A stretch of 32,000 nt of DNA, from positions 1 through 32,000 of the forward strand of contig CAZECW010000004.1 in NCBI GenBank assembly GCA_964510585.1. Direction: 5' to 3'. Position numbers and translations under genes: made by a program. The notes beneath the pieces are model-generated. The model worked only from the letters and a program-made list of their open reading frames with translations. It was not told where the DNA came from and ran no database searches. How positions within the stretch are numbered: position 1 is the stretch's first letter; each line of letters starts with the position of its first letter. Origin of the DNA: an uncultured archaeon (GTDB lineage Archaea; Asgardarchaeota; Jordiarchaeia; Jordiarchaeales; Jordiarchaeaceae). Positions 16,627-25,079 of the stretch are shown here, piece by piece.

Positions 16627-18636
16627 TTGAGTAGGATGCTGATTACTTCCGCGTTGCCCTACGCTAATGGTGACCTTCACATAGGACATGTTTCCAGCAC
16701 ATATATTCCCGCTGACGTCTATGCGAGATTTTGCAGATTAAAAAAACACGACGTGGTTTTTGTATGTGGAAGCGACGACCACGGGACACCAATTTCAGTT
16801 GCAGCACGCGAAGCAGGACGCACCCCCCTCGAACATGTGGATTATTATCGCGAAAGACAACTAAATGATCTTAAAGCATTAAACATAAGTTTTGATAACT
16901 ATTATAAAACTCACAGCGAAGAAAACCGAGAAATAACAGAATACTTTCTCCTAAAACTGAGGGAAAAAGGCTACATCTACCAGAAAGAAGTGAACGAGTT
17001 CTACTGCGAGAAGGACAAAACCTACCTTCCCGATAGAATGATAAAAGGCACCTGCCCCCACTGCGGAGCAGAAGACCAGTACAGTGATGCATGCGAAGTT
17101 TGTGGAAGAACAATTGAACCAGGAGAAATACTTAAGCCCTACTGCATTCTATGCGGCAATCCTCCAGTAACCAAAAGGGAGAAACACTTCATATTCAAGC
17201 TCAGCGTATTTTCCGAGAGATTATACCAATGGTTAACATCGGACAAAACAGGTAAAAACTTTCCTAGAGATGTTGTAAACTACGTACTTCAATGGATAAA
17301 ATCGGGACTCCAAGACTGGGACATCACCCGAGAGGACTACTGGGGATTCAAACTACCATACCCTGATGCAAAGGAAAACCAATACGTGTATGTATGGTTC
17401 GATGCACCCATAGGGTACATAGCTTCCACAATTAATTGGTGTAGAAAAAATAAAGCAAACTGGGAGGATTACTGGAAGAGGGAAGATAGTTTCATCACTC
17501 ATTTCATTGGTAAGGATATAATATACCACCACTTTCTTTTTTGGCCAGCCATGCTTATGGGAACCGAGGAAATAACGCTCCCCAAAAAATATGTGGTGAA
17601 CGGATACCTCACCCTCGAAGGTTTAAAGATGAGCAAAAGCCGAAAATGGCTGATTCCCCTAAACTACATTTTGCAAAAATACCCGGCAGATTATGTAAGA
17701 TTTTATCTGGCCTTCAAAGCCGCAAACACCATAAAAGACAATAACTTCAGCTGGGAAGAATTTCAAGAAAGAATAAACGGAGACCTTGTGGACAACATTG
17801 GAAACTTCATCCATCGAATTCTCCACTTCATCAACAACCGATACGACAGCAAAATACCAGAACCCTCAGATTTCGACGAACAGGACAGAGAATTTATCCA
17901 ATTAATTCAAACCGCCCCCGACGAACTCGCCACATATTATGAAGAATGCGACCTCTCAAAAGCCATCAAAAGAATAATCGAACTCTTCAAATTTGCCAAC
18001 AGCTACTTCTCAGCAAAAGAGCCCTGGAAAACCATAAAGGAAAACCCTAAACAAGCAAAAAATGCACTCTACCTCTGCGCCAACTTCCTCCTCTCATCAT
18101 CCATACTCCTTTATCCAATAATACCCCAATCAGCAGAAAAACTCCAAAAACTACTAAAGATAAAACCTGAAAATTGGGACACCGCAAAAGAGCTCCTACT
18201 AAAACCCGAACACCAAATCCAGAAAGCAGAACCCCTATTTGAAAAAATTCCAAAAGAAGAAATAATAAAAGAAATAGAAACACTAAAACAACAAACAGAA
18301 CAAGCAGGAAAAAAAGTAGAAGTAGACATCAGCGAATTTAACAAGCTAGACATAAGAATAGGAGAAATAATCTCCGCAAAACAACTACAAGGAGACTTAA
18401 TCCACATAATTGTTAAAACAGAACCCAACAGGCAAGTAAACATAGTAGGCAAACTCGGAGGAAACTACAAACCCCAAGAACTATATGGTAAAAAAGTGAC
18501 AGTGATAACAAATCTGAAACCAAAAAAAGTTCAAGGAATACTATCAGAAGGCATGCTCCTAGCAGCAATAGACGGAGAAAAGATATCACTAATAGTACCA
18601 GACAAGGATATCGAAACGGGAAGCAAGGTTAAATAA
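16627..18636 (+). CDS. metG: Methionyl-tRNA synthetase with C-terminal tRNA-binding domain
   Basis: TSALPYANGDLHIGH, zinc knuckles, YVWFDAPIGY, KMSKS and a C-terminal Trbp111-like domain. Confidence 0.97.
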   Translation: MSRMLITSALPYANGDLHIGHVSSTYIPADVYARFCRLKKHDVVFVCGSDDHGTPISVAAREAGRTPLEHVDYYRERQLNDLKALNISFDNYYKTHSEENREITEYFLLKLREKGYIYQKEVNEFYCEKDKTYLPDRMIKGTCPHCGAEDQYSDACEVCGRTIEPGEILKPYCILCGNPPVTKREKHFIFKLSVFSERLYQWLTSDKTGKNFPRDVVNYVLQWIKSGLQDWDITREDYWGFKLPYPDAKENQYVYVWFDAPIGYIASTINWCRKNKANWEDYWKREDSFITHFIGKDIIYHHFLFWPAMLMGTEEITLPKKYVVNGYLTLEGLKMSKSRKWLIPLNYILQKYPADYVRFYLAFKAANTIKDNNFSWEEFQERINGDLVDNIGNFIHRILHFINNRYDSKIPEPSDFDEQDREFIQLIQTAPDELATYYEECDLSKAIKRIIELFKFANSYFSAKEPWKTIKENPKQAKNALYLCANFLLSSSILLYPIIPQSAEKLQKLLKIKPENWDTAKELLLKPEHQIQKAEPLFEKIPKEEIIKEIETLKQQTEQAGKKVEVDISEFNKLDIRIGEIISAKQLQGDLIHIIVKTEPNRQVNIVGKLGGNYKPQELYGKKVTVITNLKPKKVQGILSEGMLLAAIDGEKISLIVPDKDIETGSKVK

Positions 18637-18929
18637 CCAAAAAACCGAAAAACCAATCCACCTCCAACTATAATCAAAAATTCAAGATTACACCAACTTT
18701 CGACACAACATCCATGAATAGGAGCTTACCCAGTTTATTCCCAAATCAAAAAACTTTACTTTCAGCAGCTCCTCTCCTCCCAAAGACCCACCTGCTACCT
18801 AAAAGATAAAACTACTCATCACCCATCATGAAAGTTTTTCATCGTCAAAAAAACACAACCAAAGAATTCGCAAAAGTGAATAAGGAAGGAATGATTTCAA
18901 AAACAAATCGTAATCGAGAATATTGAAAA

Positions 18930-19850
18930 TTATACCCATTCTTGGAAAACAACACTGGAATGGGTATCAATGATATCCTCTATTTCAAAAATTTTCAGTA
19001 AAAGCTGGTTATAATGCCTAATATCCTTAACCCTAACTACAGCCATTAAGCCATACTCCTCGCCAGTCCGATAAATGCTACGCACCTCATCAAACTCGCA
19101 CAATTTTTTAGCCACGGAAAGATAGGCTCTGGGATCTACACTAATTTCTAAATAGAACTTTGCATCCAAACCAATGGCAGAAAAGTCCACTTTTGCGGTA
19201 TGACCAATAATTACATCTTCACTTCGAAGTTTGGAAATTTTCCTAGAAACTACGGATTGCGAAACACCCAGCCTCCTAGCCAACTCTGTTTGAGAATAAG
19301 GCATAGGACTGGTCTGCTGTCTAAGGAGGCTAAGCAGCTTCCAATCAAAATCAGAAACAGGGTAATAATCGATTTTCGAGTCGGGAACAACAAATCCAGA
19401 CTCTTTAAACGTGGTCAAAATCTCCACTAAACGATACTTCTTAAACCTTGAAACCACCATCAAGCGATCAAGCCCAGAAAGAAATGAAGAAAAATCCGAA
19501 GGAAACCTGAACCGGTACAAACCCAAAAGAGAAAACTCCCCCGAAATTCCATCCAACACTTGAATCTGAGGAAGACCTAACAGGCCCCTAACCACATCAT
19601 ACTCGTGAGGATTCGTCTTAACAAAAAGAAAAATACTACGATCAAATAATATCTTCAAGGGATTCAAAATAACAGAATACCCCCTCAAAACTCCCCTCTC
19701 AAACAACCCATTAATCACCCTAGCAACATAATTTCGGCTTTTCCCCAGCCTCTCCGCCAAATTCTTCACACCGAGAGAAGAATCCTTCAACAAAAGATTC
19801 AAAACCGCCTCTTCCAAAGCATCTAACCGCATAAAAACCACACAAAACAA
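18930..19850 (-). CDS. Tandem (double) Lrp/AsnC family transcriptional regulator
   Basis: Two HTH plus effector-domain repeats (LAERLGKSRNYV.. and ELARRLGVSQSVV..). Confidence 0.85.
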   Translation of the reverse strand: MFCVVFMRLDALEEAVLNLLLKDSSLGVKNLAERLGKSRNYVARVINGLFERGVLRGYSVILNPLKILFDRSIFLFVKTNPHEYDVVRGLLGLPQIQVLDGISGEFSLLGLYRFRFPSDFSSFLSGLDRLMVVSRFKKYRLVEILTTFKESGFVVPDSKIDYYPVSDFDWKLLSLLRQQTSPMPYSQTELARRLGVSQSVVSRKISKLRSEDVIIGHTAKVDFSAIGLDAKFYLEISVDPRAYLSVAKKLCEFDEVRSIYRTGEEYGLMAVVRVKDIRHYNQLLLKIFEIEDIIDTHSSVVFQEWV

Positions 19851-19949
19851 GCCGATTTAAAAGCAAATTATGACAAACAATATATATAAACTTTATAAGT
19901 TTACCCCACAAGAAGAAAAACAAAAACACCACAATGGGAGAAAAAAATT

Positions 19950-21320
19950 ATGGCACAAACACAAAAAGGAGATAAGTACGAAGTCAAAGACCTAAAACTA
20001 GCACCAGGCGGACGAGCAACAATCGAATGGGCAGAATCAAGAATGCCCGTACTTATGCAAATAAGAAAAAGATTCCAAAAAGAAAAACCACTCAAAAACA
20101 CCATAGTAGGAGCATGCCTCCACGTAACAAAAGAAACAGCGGTACTTGCAAAAACTCTAAAAGCTGGAGGAGCAGAAGTCTACCTTTGCGCCTCAAATCC
20201 CCTATCAACACAAGACCATGTAGCCGCGGCACTAGTAGAAGAAGGAATAAACACATTCGCTTGGAAAGGCATGGACTACGAAGGCTACTACCGAGCAATA
20301 GCCAACGTTATTAAAGGAGAACCGAACATCACACTAGACGACGGCGCCGACCTAGTATCAACCCTAATCAAGCTAAAAAGAGGAGAAACTGGCGAGGAAA
20401 TCAAAATAGTCAAGAAAATTCTCGGAAGCCGTACAGACTGGGCGGACAAAGTATGGGCCGGAGCCGAAGAGACCACAACCGGCGTAATCCGCCTCAGAGC
20501 CATGGCAAAAGATAACGTGCTATTATACCCAATTATAGCTACAAATGATACCCCCACGAAATGGGAAACATAAACACCACCCGTGTTTAAGCCCAAATTT
20601 GACAACTTGTGGGGAACTGGACAAAGCACCATAGACGGTATACTAAGAGCAACAGCAGACCTCATCGCGGGCAAAATTTTTGTAGTTGCAGGATACGGTC
20701 ACTGCGGTAGGGGTGTAGCGCTAAGAGCAAAGGGACTAGGAGCGAGAAGAGTCATCATCTGTGAAATAAATCCCCACCGAGCACTAACAGCCGCCTTAGA
20801 GGGCATGGAAGTAATGCCCATGAGCGAAGCCGCTGAGGTAGGAGACATTTTCGTAACCGCCACGGGATGCAAGAATGTTATAAATGCTGAACATATGAAA
20901 AAGATGAAAAACGGGGCAGTAATGTGTAACACAGGCCACTTTAATGTGGAAATAAATATACCTGATTTGGAAAAAATAAGCGTCAGCAAGAGAGAAATAA
21001 GACCACTAGTCGATGAGTACACACTGGAAGATGGAAGAAAAATCTATCTGCTCGCCCAAGGCAGGCTCGTGAATCTTGCATGTGCCGAAGGACACCCAAG
21101 CGAAGTTATGGACATGAGCTTTTCGGATCAGGCTTTGGCTGTGGAGTGGATTGTTAAGAATAAGGATAAGCTGTCTGGGATGGGTAGTGTGGTTTTGGAT
21201 ATTCCTGAGGAGATTGATAGGACTGTTGCAGAGTTGAAGTGTAAGGCTATGGGTCTTAGATTGGATGTTTTGACCCCAGAACAGGAAGCGTATTTGTCAG
21301 GTTGGGCTGAAGGAACCTAG
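19950..21320 (+). CDS. ahcY: S-adenosylhomocysteine hydrolase, join(19950..20567,20598..21320), 446 aa after splicing
   Basis: [27 protein letters not shown] and LAQGRLVNL. The two ORF-track pieces are in the same frame, and removing 30 nt restores [18 protein letters not shown]. Confidence 0.93.
20568..20597 (+). other. 30-nt BHB intron in ahcY mRNA
   Basis: Central helix UGGG/CCCA, bulges AA|A and AA|U, intron stem UAAACAC/GUGUUUA. Contains an in-frame TAA. Confidence 0.88.
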
Positions 21321-21469
21321 TTCTTACTTTCCTATTTTTATTTTTGTTTGTGTTTTTGGTGGCTTTTTGTGGGTCTTTGGCTTTTTGGTTTTTTGTTATT
21401 GCGGAGTTCAGTCTTTATTGGGGCTTTTTTCTCTTTAAAATTGATAAAGAAGCTCTAGTTGGCTTGCCT

Positions 21470-21796
21470 TTAAAGTAGGAATAGAAGTGTTATTGGGGTA
21501 GGGTTCTGGGTTAGCCATTGGTTTACTAGCTGGTGTAGGTAGATTCCTATGTATTGGGTTACTCCGCCCGAAATTTCGATGATTATGGGGATAATAAGGT
21601 GCCACTTGGAGGAAACTCCTATTAGGAGGAGGCTTATCATTATTCCTACTAGGTAGGAGAGACGGTGGTGTGAGATGGTGAGCAGTGCTAGGTTCAGGAC
21701 GAGCATACCTACTCCAATCATTAGTAGTATGCCAAAAATTGTGTTGAGCAGATTATAGGTCAGAGGGTTGGTAAGAAGCCAGTAAACATCTATCAT
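21470..21796 (-). CDS. Hypothetical small membrane protein
   Basis: 108-aa hydrophobic ORF filling the ahcY-tyrS gap, with GAGAGGA upstream of the ATG. No family recognised. Confidence 0.5.
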   Translation of the reverse strand: MIDVYWLLTNPLTYNLLNTIFGILLMIGVGMLVLNLALLTISHHRLSYLVGIMISLLLIGVSSKWHLIIPIIIEISGGVTQYIGIYLHQLVNQWLTQNPTPITLLFLL

Positions 21797-21976
21797 GGGG
21801 ATCCTCTCTATTGTATTTTTGTGAAGGAAAGGATATGAACCCCGCGAAAATTAAAAGGCTTGGTTTCATTTTTTGGGGATGTAGGAAAGTTTTAATTACG
21901 TTTTTATGATTAGGTTCTGCAGATATTTATTTGGCAGTTGATTGTTGATGTTTGTGGTTGGATGTTGATGATAATT

Positions 21977-21982
21977 GGAGGA
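21977..21982 (+). promoter_or_regulatory. Shine-Dalgarno site of tyrS
   Basis: GGAGGA ends 7 nt before the ATG at 21990, which supports the upstream exon as the true start. Confidence 0.7.
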
Positions 21983-21989
21983 GAATCTG

Positions 21990-23108
21990 ATGGATACTGA
22001 AGAAAAGGTTCAGCGTGTCTTACGTGGCTTGAGTGAAGTTATCACTGTCGAGGATCTACGGAATTTATTTGAGGTAGACAACCACCCTAAGGCTTACATA
22101 GGTGTTGAGCCTTCTGGATAAACCTTTTAGGCTTTCTAGGGTTCCAGAATATTTCATTTGGGCTGGGTGGTTTGGGCTTGGAAGGTTCAGGATTTGATTC
22201 TTTGCGATGTGGATATGCATGTTCTCGAAGCAACTTGGCATGCGAAGATTAACGACAAATTTGGTGGAAACATGAATACCATACACACCTGTGCAAAGTA
22301 CATTGAACACTGTTTACAAGCGTTGGGTGTAGATATTAGCAGGGTTCATTTTCCAAAGGCTGAGGATCTTATGGATAGTTTGGATTATTGGGCGACAGTG
22401 ATAAACATTGCTAAAAACACTACGCTGGCCCGCATTAAGAGAGCTATGAGCATAATGGGCCGCAAAGTAGATGATGCGGAATCTGATTATTCAAAAACAC
22501 TTTATCCTTGCATACAGGTAGCTGACATCTTATACGCCGGTTTTAAGCTGTGTCTGGGCGGAACCGACCAGAGAAGAGCTCACATATTGGCGAGGGAGTT
22601 GGCTCCTAAGTTCGGCTTGGATTGGAAGCCGGTAGCTATTCACACACCTCTCCTCATAGGCCTAGAGGGATTATCAAGGATGGAGTTTGAGGATATGAGC
22701 GAGGATGTTTTAATGGAGGCCAAGATGTCGAAATCCAAACCTCAAACAGCAATTTTTATACATGATAAGCCAGAGGAAATTAGGAGTAAAATTTCTGCTG
22801 CTTTTTGCCCACCGAAACAGGTAGAATTCAATCCAATAATGGAAATAAATAGGCTTCTTCTCTTTTCCAGAGAAGGTTTTACTCTTCATGTAGAACGTGA
22901 GGAAAAATTTGGAGGAGATATAGATTTTGAGAGCTTTGATGAATTGAAATCTGCTTACAGCGCCGGTAATCTTCATCCTCTGGACTTGAAACGGGCTACT
23001 GCGGAGGCCCTCATTGAACTGTTGAAAAATGTTAGGCAACATTTTGAAAAGAATAGTGAAGCCCGTAACCTTTTGGAAACATTAAAAAAGGCTACAGTAA
23101 CCCGGTGA
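21990..23108 (+). CDS. tyrS: Tyrosyl-tRNA synthetase, join(21990..22119,22150..23108), 362 aa after splicing
   Basis: Exon 1 MDTEEKVQRV..KAYIGVEPSG joins to give PSGLFHLGW (HIGH motif). Also YPCIQVADI, GGTDQRRAH and KMSKS. Confidence 0.93.
22120..22149 (+). other. 30-nt BHB intron in tyrS mRNA
   Basis: Central helix CUGG/CCAG, bulges AU|A and AA|U, intron helix AACC/GGUU. The unspliced frame has three stops (TAA, TAG, TAG). Confidence 0.9.
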
Positions 23109-23216
23109 CAAACTTTATCGCGTAGAAGTGTAAGAAAACTTTATTTTGTTCGGCTTTTAACATTGTGTTCAAGAGAGTTTGTCATTTGTTTTCCTTTGCT
23201 GATTGGATGGCTGATT

Positions 23217-23642
23217 ATGCCCTGTAACAATTTGCATGAAGAATTGGAACAGTTTATATCAAAGCTTAGAACAATCTCTGAAAACGGTACCCCCATTATT
23301 GTGGAGGGCTATAAGGATGAGAGAAGCTTAAGAGAACTAGGGGTTCGAGGAATAATTCTTAGATTATCTGGAAGAAAACTCATAGAAGTCGCTGAAGAAC
23401 TTGCCAATTATGAGGATTTCCTGATTCTAACCGACTTTGATCGCAAAGGACAAGATATGGCGCTGCGCCTCTTGAAGTATCTAGATCACCACAAGGCAGA
23501 GTTAACGCTGAGTTTCAGGAGAAGATTTAAAAATTTAACCTCAAAAGTCACCTGCGCCATAGAAGGATTAGCATCCTCATATTTCACTCTTCAAAACCAA
23601 AACAATAAAAACATGGAATTCAAAGTTGAAAAATTCTTTTAA
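23217..23642 (+). CDS. Small stand-alone Toprim domain protein (RNase M5-like/COG1658)
   Basis: IIVEGYKDERSLRELG and LILTDFDRKG. ATG at 23217 preferred. Confidence 0.85.
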   Translation: MPCNNLHEELEQFISKLRTISENGTPIIVEGYKDERSLRELGVRGIILRLSGRKLIEVAEELANYEDFLILTDFDRKGQDMALRLLKYLDHHKAELTLSFRRRFKNLTSKVTCAIEGLASSYFTLQNQNNKNMEFKVEKFF

Positions 23643-23786
23643 TGACAAATGGGAGAAAGACATAATTATATCCGAAAGTACGTTAATGTTGAAAATGGTA
23701 CGTCATTATGTTAAAGCTTAATTAAATAAACAATCACTCTTACAAAATTTCAATCATAACACACTTTTATTACCTTATTTCATTAT

Positions 23787-23794
23787 GGAGGTGA
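23787..23794 (+). promoter_or_regulatory. Shine-Dalgarno site of dnaG
   Basis: GGAGGTGA ends 7 nt before the ATG at 23802. Confidence 0.75.
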
Positions 23795-23801
23795 CGCTTA
23801 T

Positions 23802-25040
23802 ATGGTTAATCGAAATGAGTTTAGCACAACAAAGTACATTATAAAAGCTAAAATAGAAGTAGACGGAGTTGTTGAAAAACCAGACGTTGTGGGAGCAATA
23901 TTTGGACAAACCGAGGGGTTGCTGGGCTCTGAACTTGACCTGCGTGAGCTACAGAGAACTGGGCGAATAGGGAGAATAAAAGTTACAATAGAGTCCCATG
24001 GAGGCAAATCAACGGGAACGGTAATAATTCCCTCAAGCCTTGACAAAGTAGAAACTGCAATGCTAGCAGCTGCTGTGGAATCCGTCGACAGAGTAGGACC
24101 ATGCACTGCTCATGCAACCTTAGAGATAATCGAAGATGTACGAGAGGTTAAAAGAAGAAAGATAGTTCAGAGAGCAGCAGATATTATAAGAAAATGGTCC
24201 GAAGAAGTGTCGCCTGAAAGTCAACAACTCACAGACGAGGTTTTGGATGCAGTTCGAGTAGCTGAAATCACTAAGTACGGTCCTGAAGAACTACCAGCGG
24301 GACCAGCCATAGACAGCTCTGACGATATAATAATAGTTGAAGGGCGGGCGGATGTTCTTAATCTTTTGAGATGCGGCTACAAGAACGTTATAGCGATGGA
24401 AGGAACAAGTATACCAAAGACTATAATCGATCTTAGCAAGAAAAAAACGATCACGGCCTTTCTAGATGGGGATAGGGGAGGAGACCTGATTTTGAAGGAA
24501 TTACAGCAAGTAGCGGATATAGATTATGTGGCCCGCGCCCCTCCAGGAAGGGAAGTTGAAGAACTCACCCAAAAGGAAGTGGTTAAGGCTCTGAGAAACA
24601 GACTGCCTGTAGAGCAATTAGAAGCGGAAGAACCCAAAAAGAAGGAGAAGGAAAAGGAGAAAAGAAAAGAGCAGGAAAAAGAAGAGAAAAAGGAAAGAGG
24701 GTGGGAAGAAAAAAAACCCAAAAGGACTGAAATTCCTCCCAAAATTAAGCTTCCAGAACAGATTCTAAACTACCTGCCTAACATAAAAGCCTCAAATAAG
24801 GCTATACTTTTAGGGAAAAACTTGGAATTAATGGAGGAAATGGATGTATCTTCGTTGGCAGAGCGCCTGAAAGAAGTGGGCTCGGTTAGAGTTATCATTT
24901 TTGATGGAATTATTACTCAGAGGTTGGTAGACCTAGCTCAGGATAAAGGGGTGGAGTATATTTTAGGGGTAAGACAAGAGAATGTTACAAAGAAACCCTT
25001 AAATCTAAAGATTGTAGAGTTCAACGAGGTAATAACTTAA
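23802..25040 (+). CDS. dnaG: Archaeal DnaG (exosome-associated primase-like protein)
   Basis: [39 protein letters not shown] and a charged linker. Confidence 0.96.
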   Translation: MVNRNEFSTTKYIIKAKIEVDGVVEKPDVVGAIFGQTEGLLGSELDLRELQRTGRIGRIKVTIESHGGKSTGTVIIPSSLDKVETAMLAAAVESVDRVGPCTAHATLEIIEDVREVKRRKIVQRAADIIRKWSEEVSPESQQLTDEVLDAVRVAEITKYGPEELPAGPAIDSSDDIIIVEGRADVLNLLRCGYKNVIAMEGTSIPKTIIDLSKKKTITAFLDGDRGGDLILKELQQVADIDYVARAPPGREVEELTQKEVVKALRNRLPVEQLEAEEPKKKEKEKEKRKEQEKEEKKERGWEEKKPKRTEIPPKIKLPEQILNYLPNIKASNKAILLGKNLELMEEMDVSSLAERLKEVGSVRVIIFDGIITQRLVDLAQDKGVEYILGVRQENVTKKPLNLKIVEFNEVIT

Positions 25041-25079
25041 AAATTTGGACCCAGTTAGAAACTGTAGGGTGAGAAATTT

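Noticed and set aside
16627-18636. Additional introns in metG, dnaG, rnz, trm11, prs, rio1 or the radical SAM gene
   Set aside because: The translations are continuous and motif spacing looks normal by eye. Stop-free in-frame inserts cannot be fully excluded without alignments.
18637-18929. Hidden gene or RNA in the metG-lrp gap
   Set aside because: The minus-strand frames I read close quickly, and the sequence is low-complexity A/C-skewed with no evident stems.
20360-20450. Extra residues in AhcY ([22 protein letters not shown]) as a second, stop-free intron
   Set aside because: The sequence is A-rich, I found no hairpin or BHB, and this region is length-variable in the AhcY family.
20574-21320. 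ahcY as a pseudogene, a two-gene split, or a stop-readthrough case
   Set aside because: Readthrough would leave ten extra residues inside the K-x-x-F-D-N motif. The insert is bounded by a precise BHB whose removal restores the motif, and both halves are otherwise intact.
22158-23108. tyrS starting at the ORF-track start 22158
   Set aside because: That start omits the YIGVEPSG strand and the His of the HIGH motif. An SD-led in-frame exon exists from 21990.
24620-24730. Purine-rich GAAAA-type repeats in dnaG
   Set aside because: They encode the Lys/Glu-rich linker usual in archaeal DnaG and are not a repeat element.
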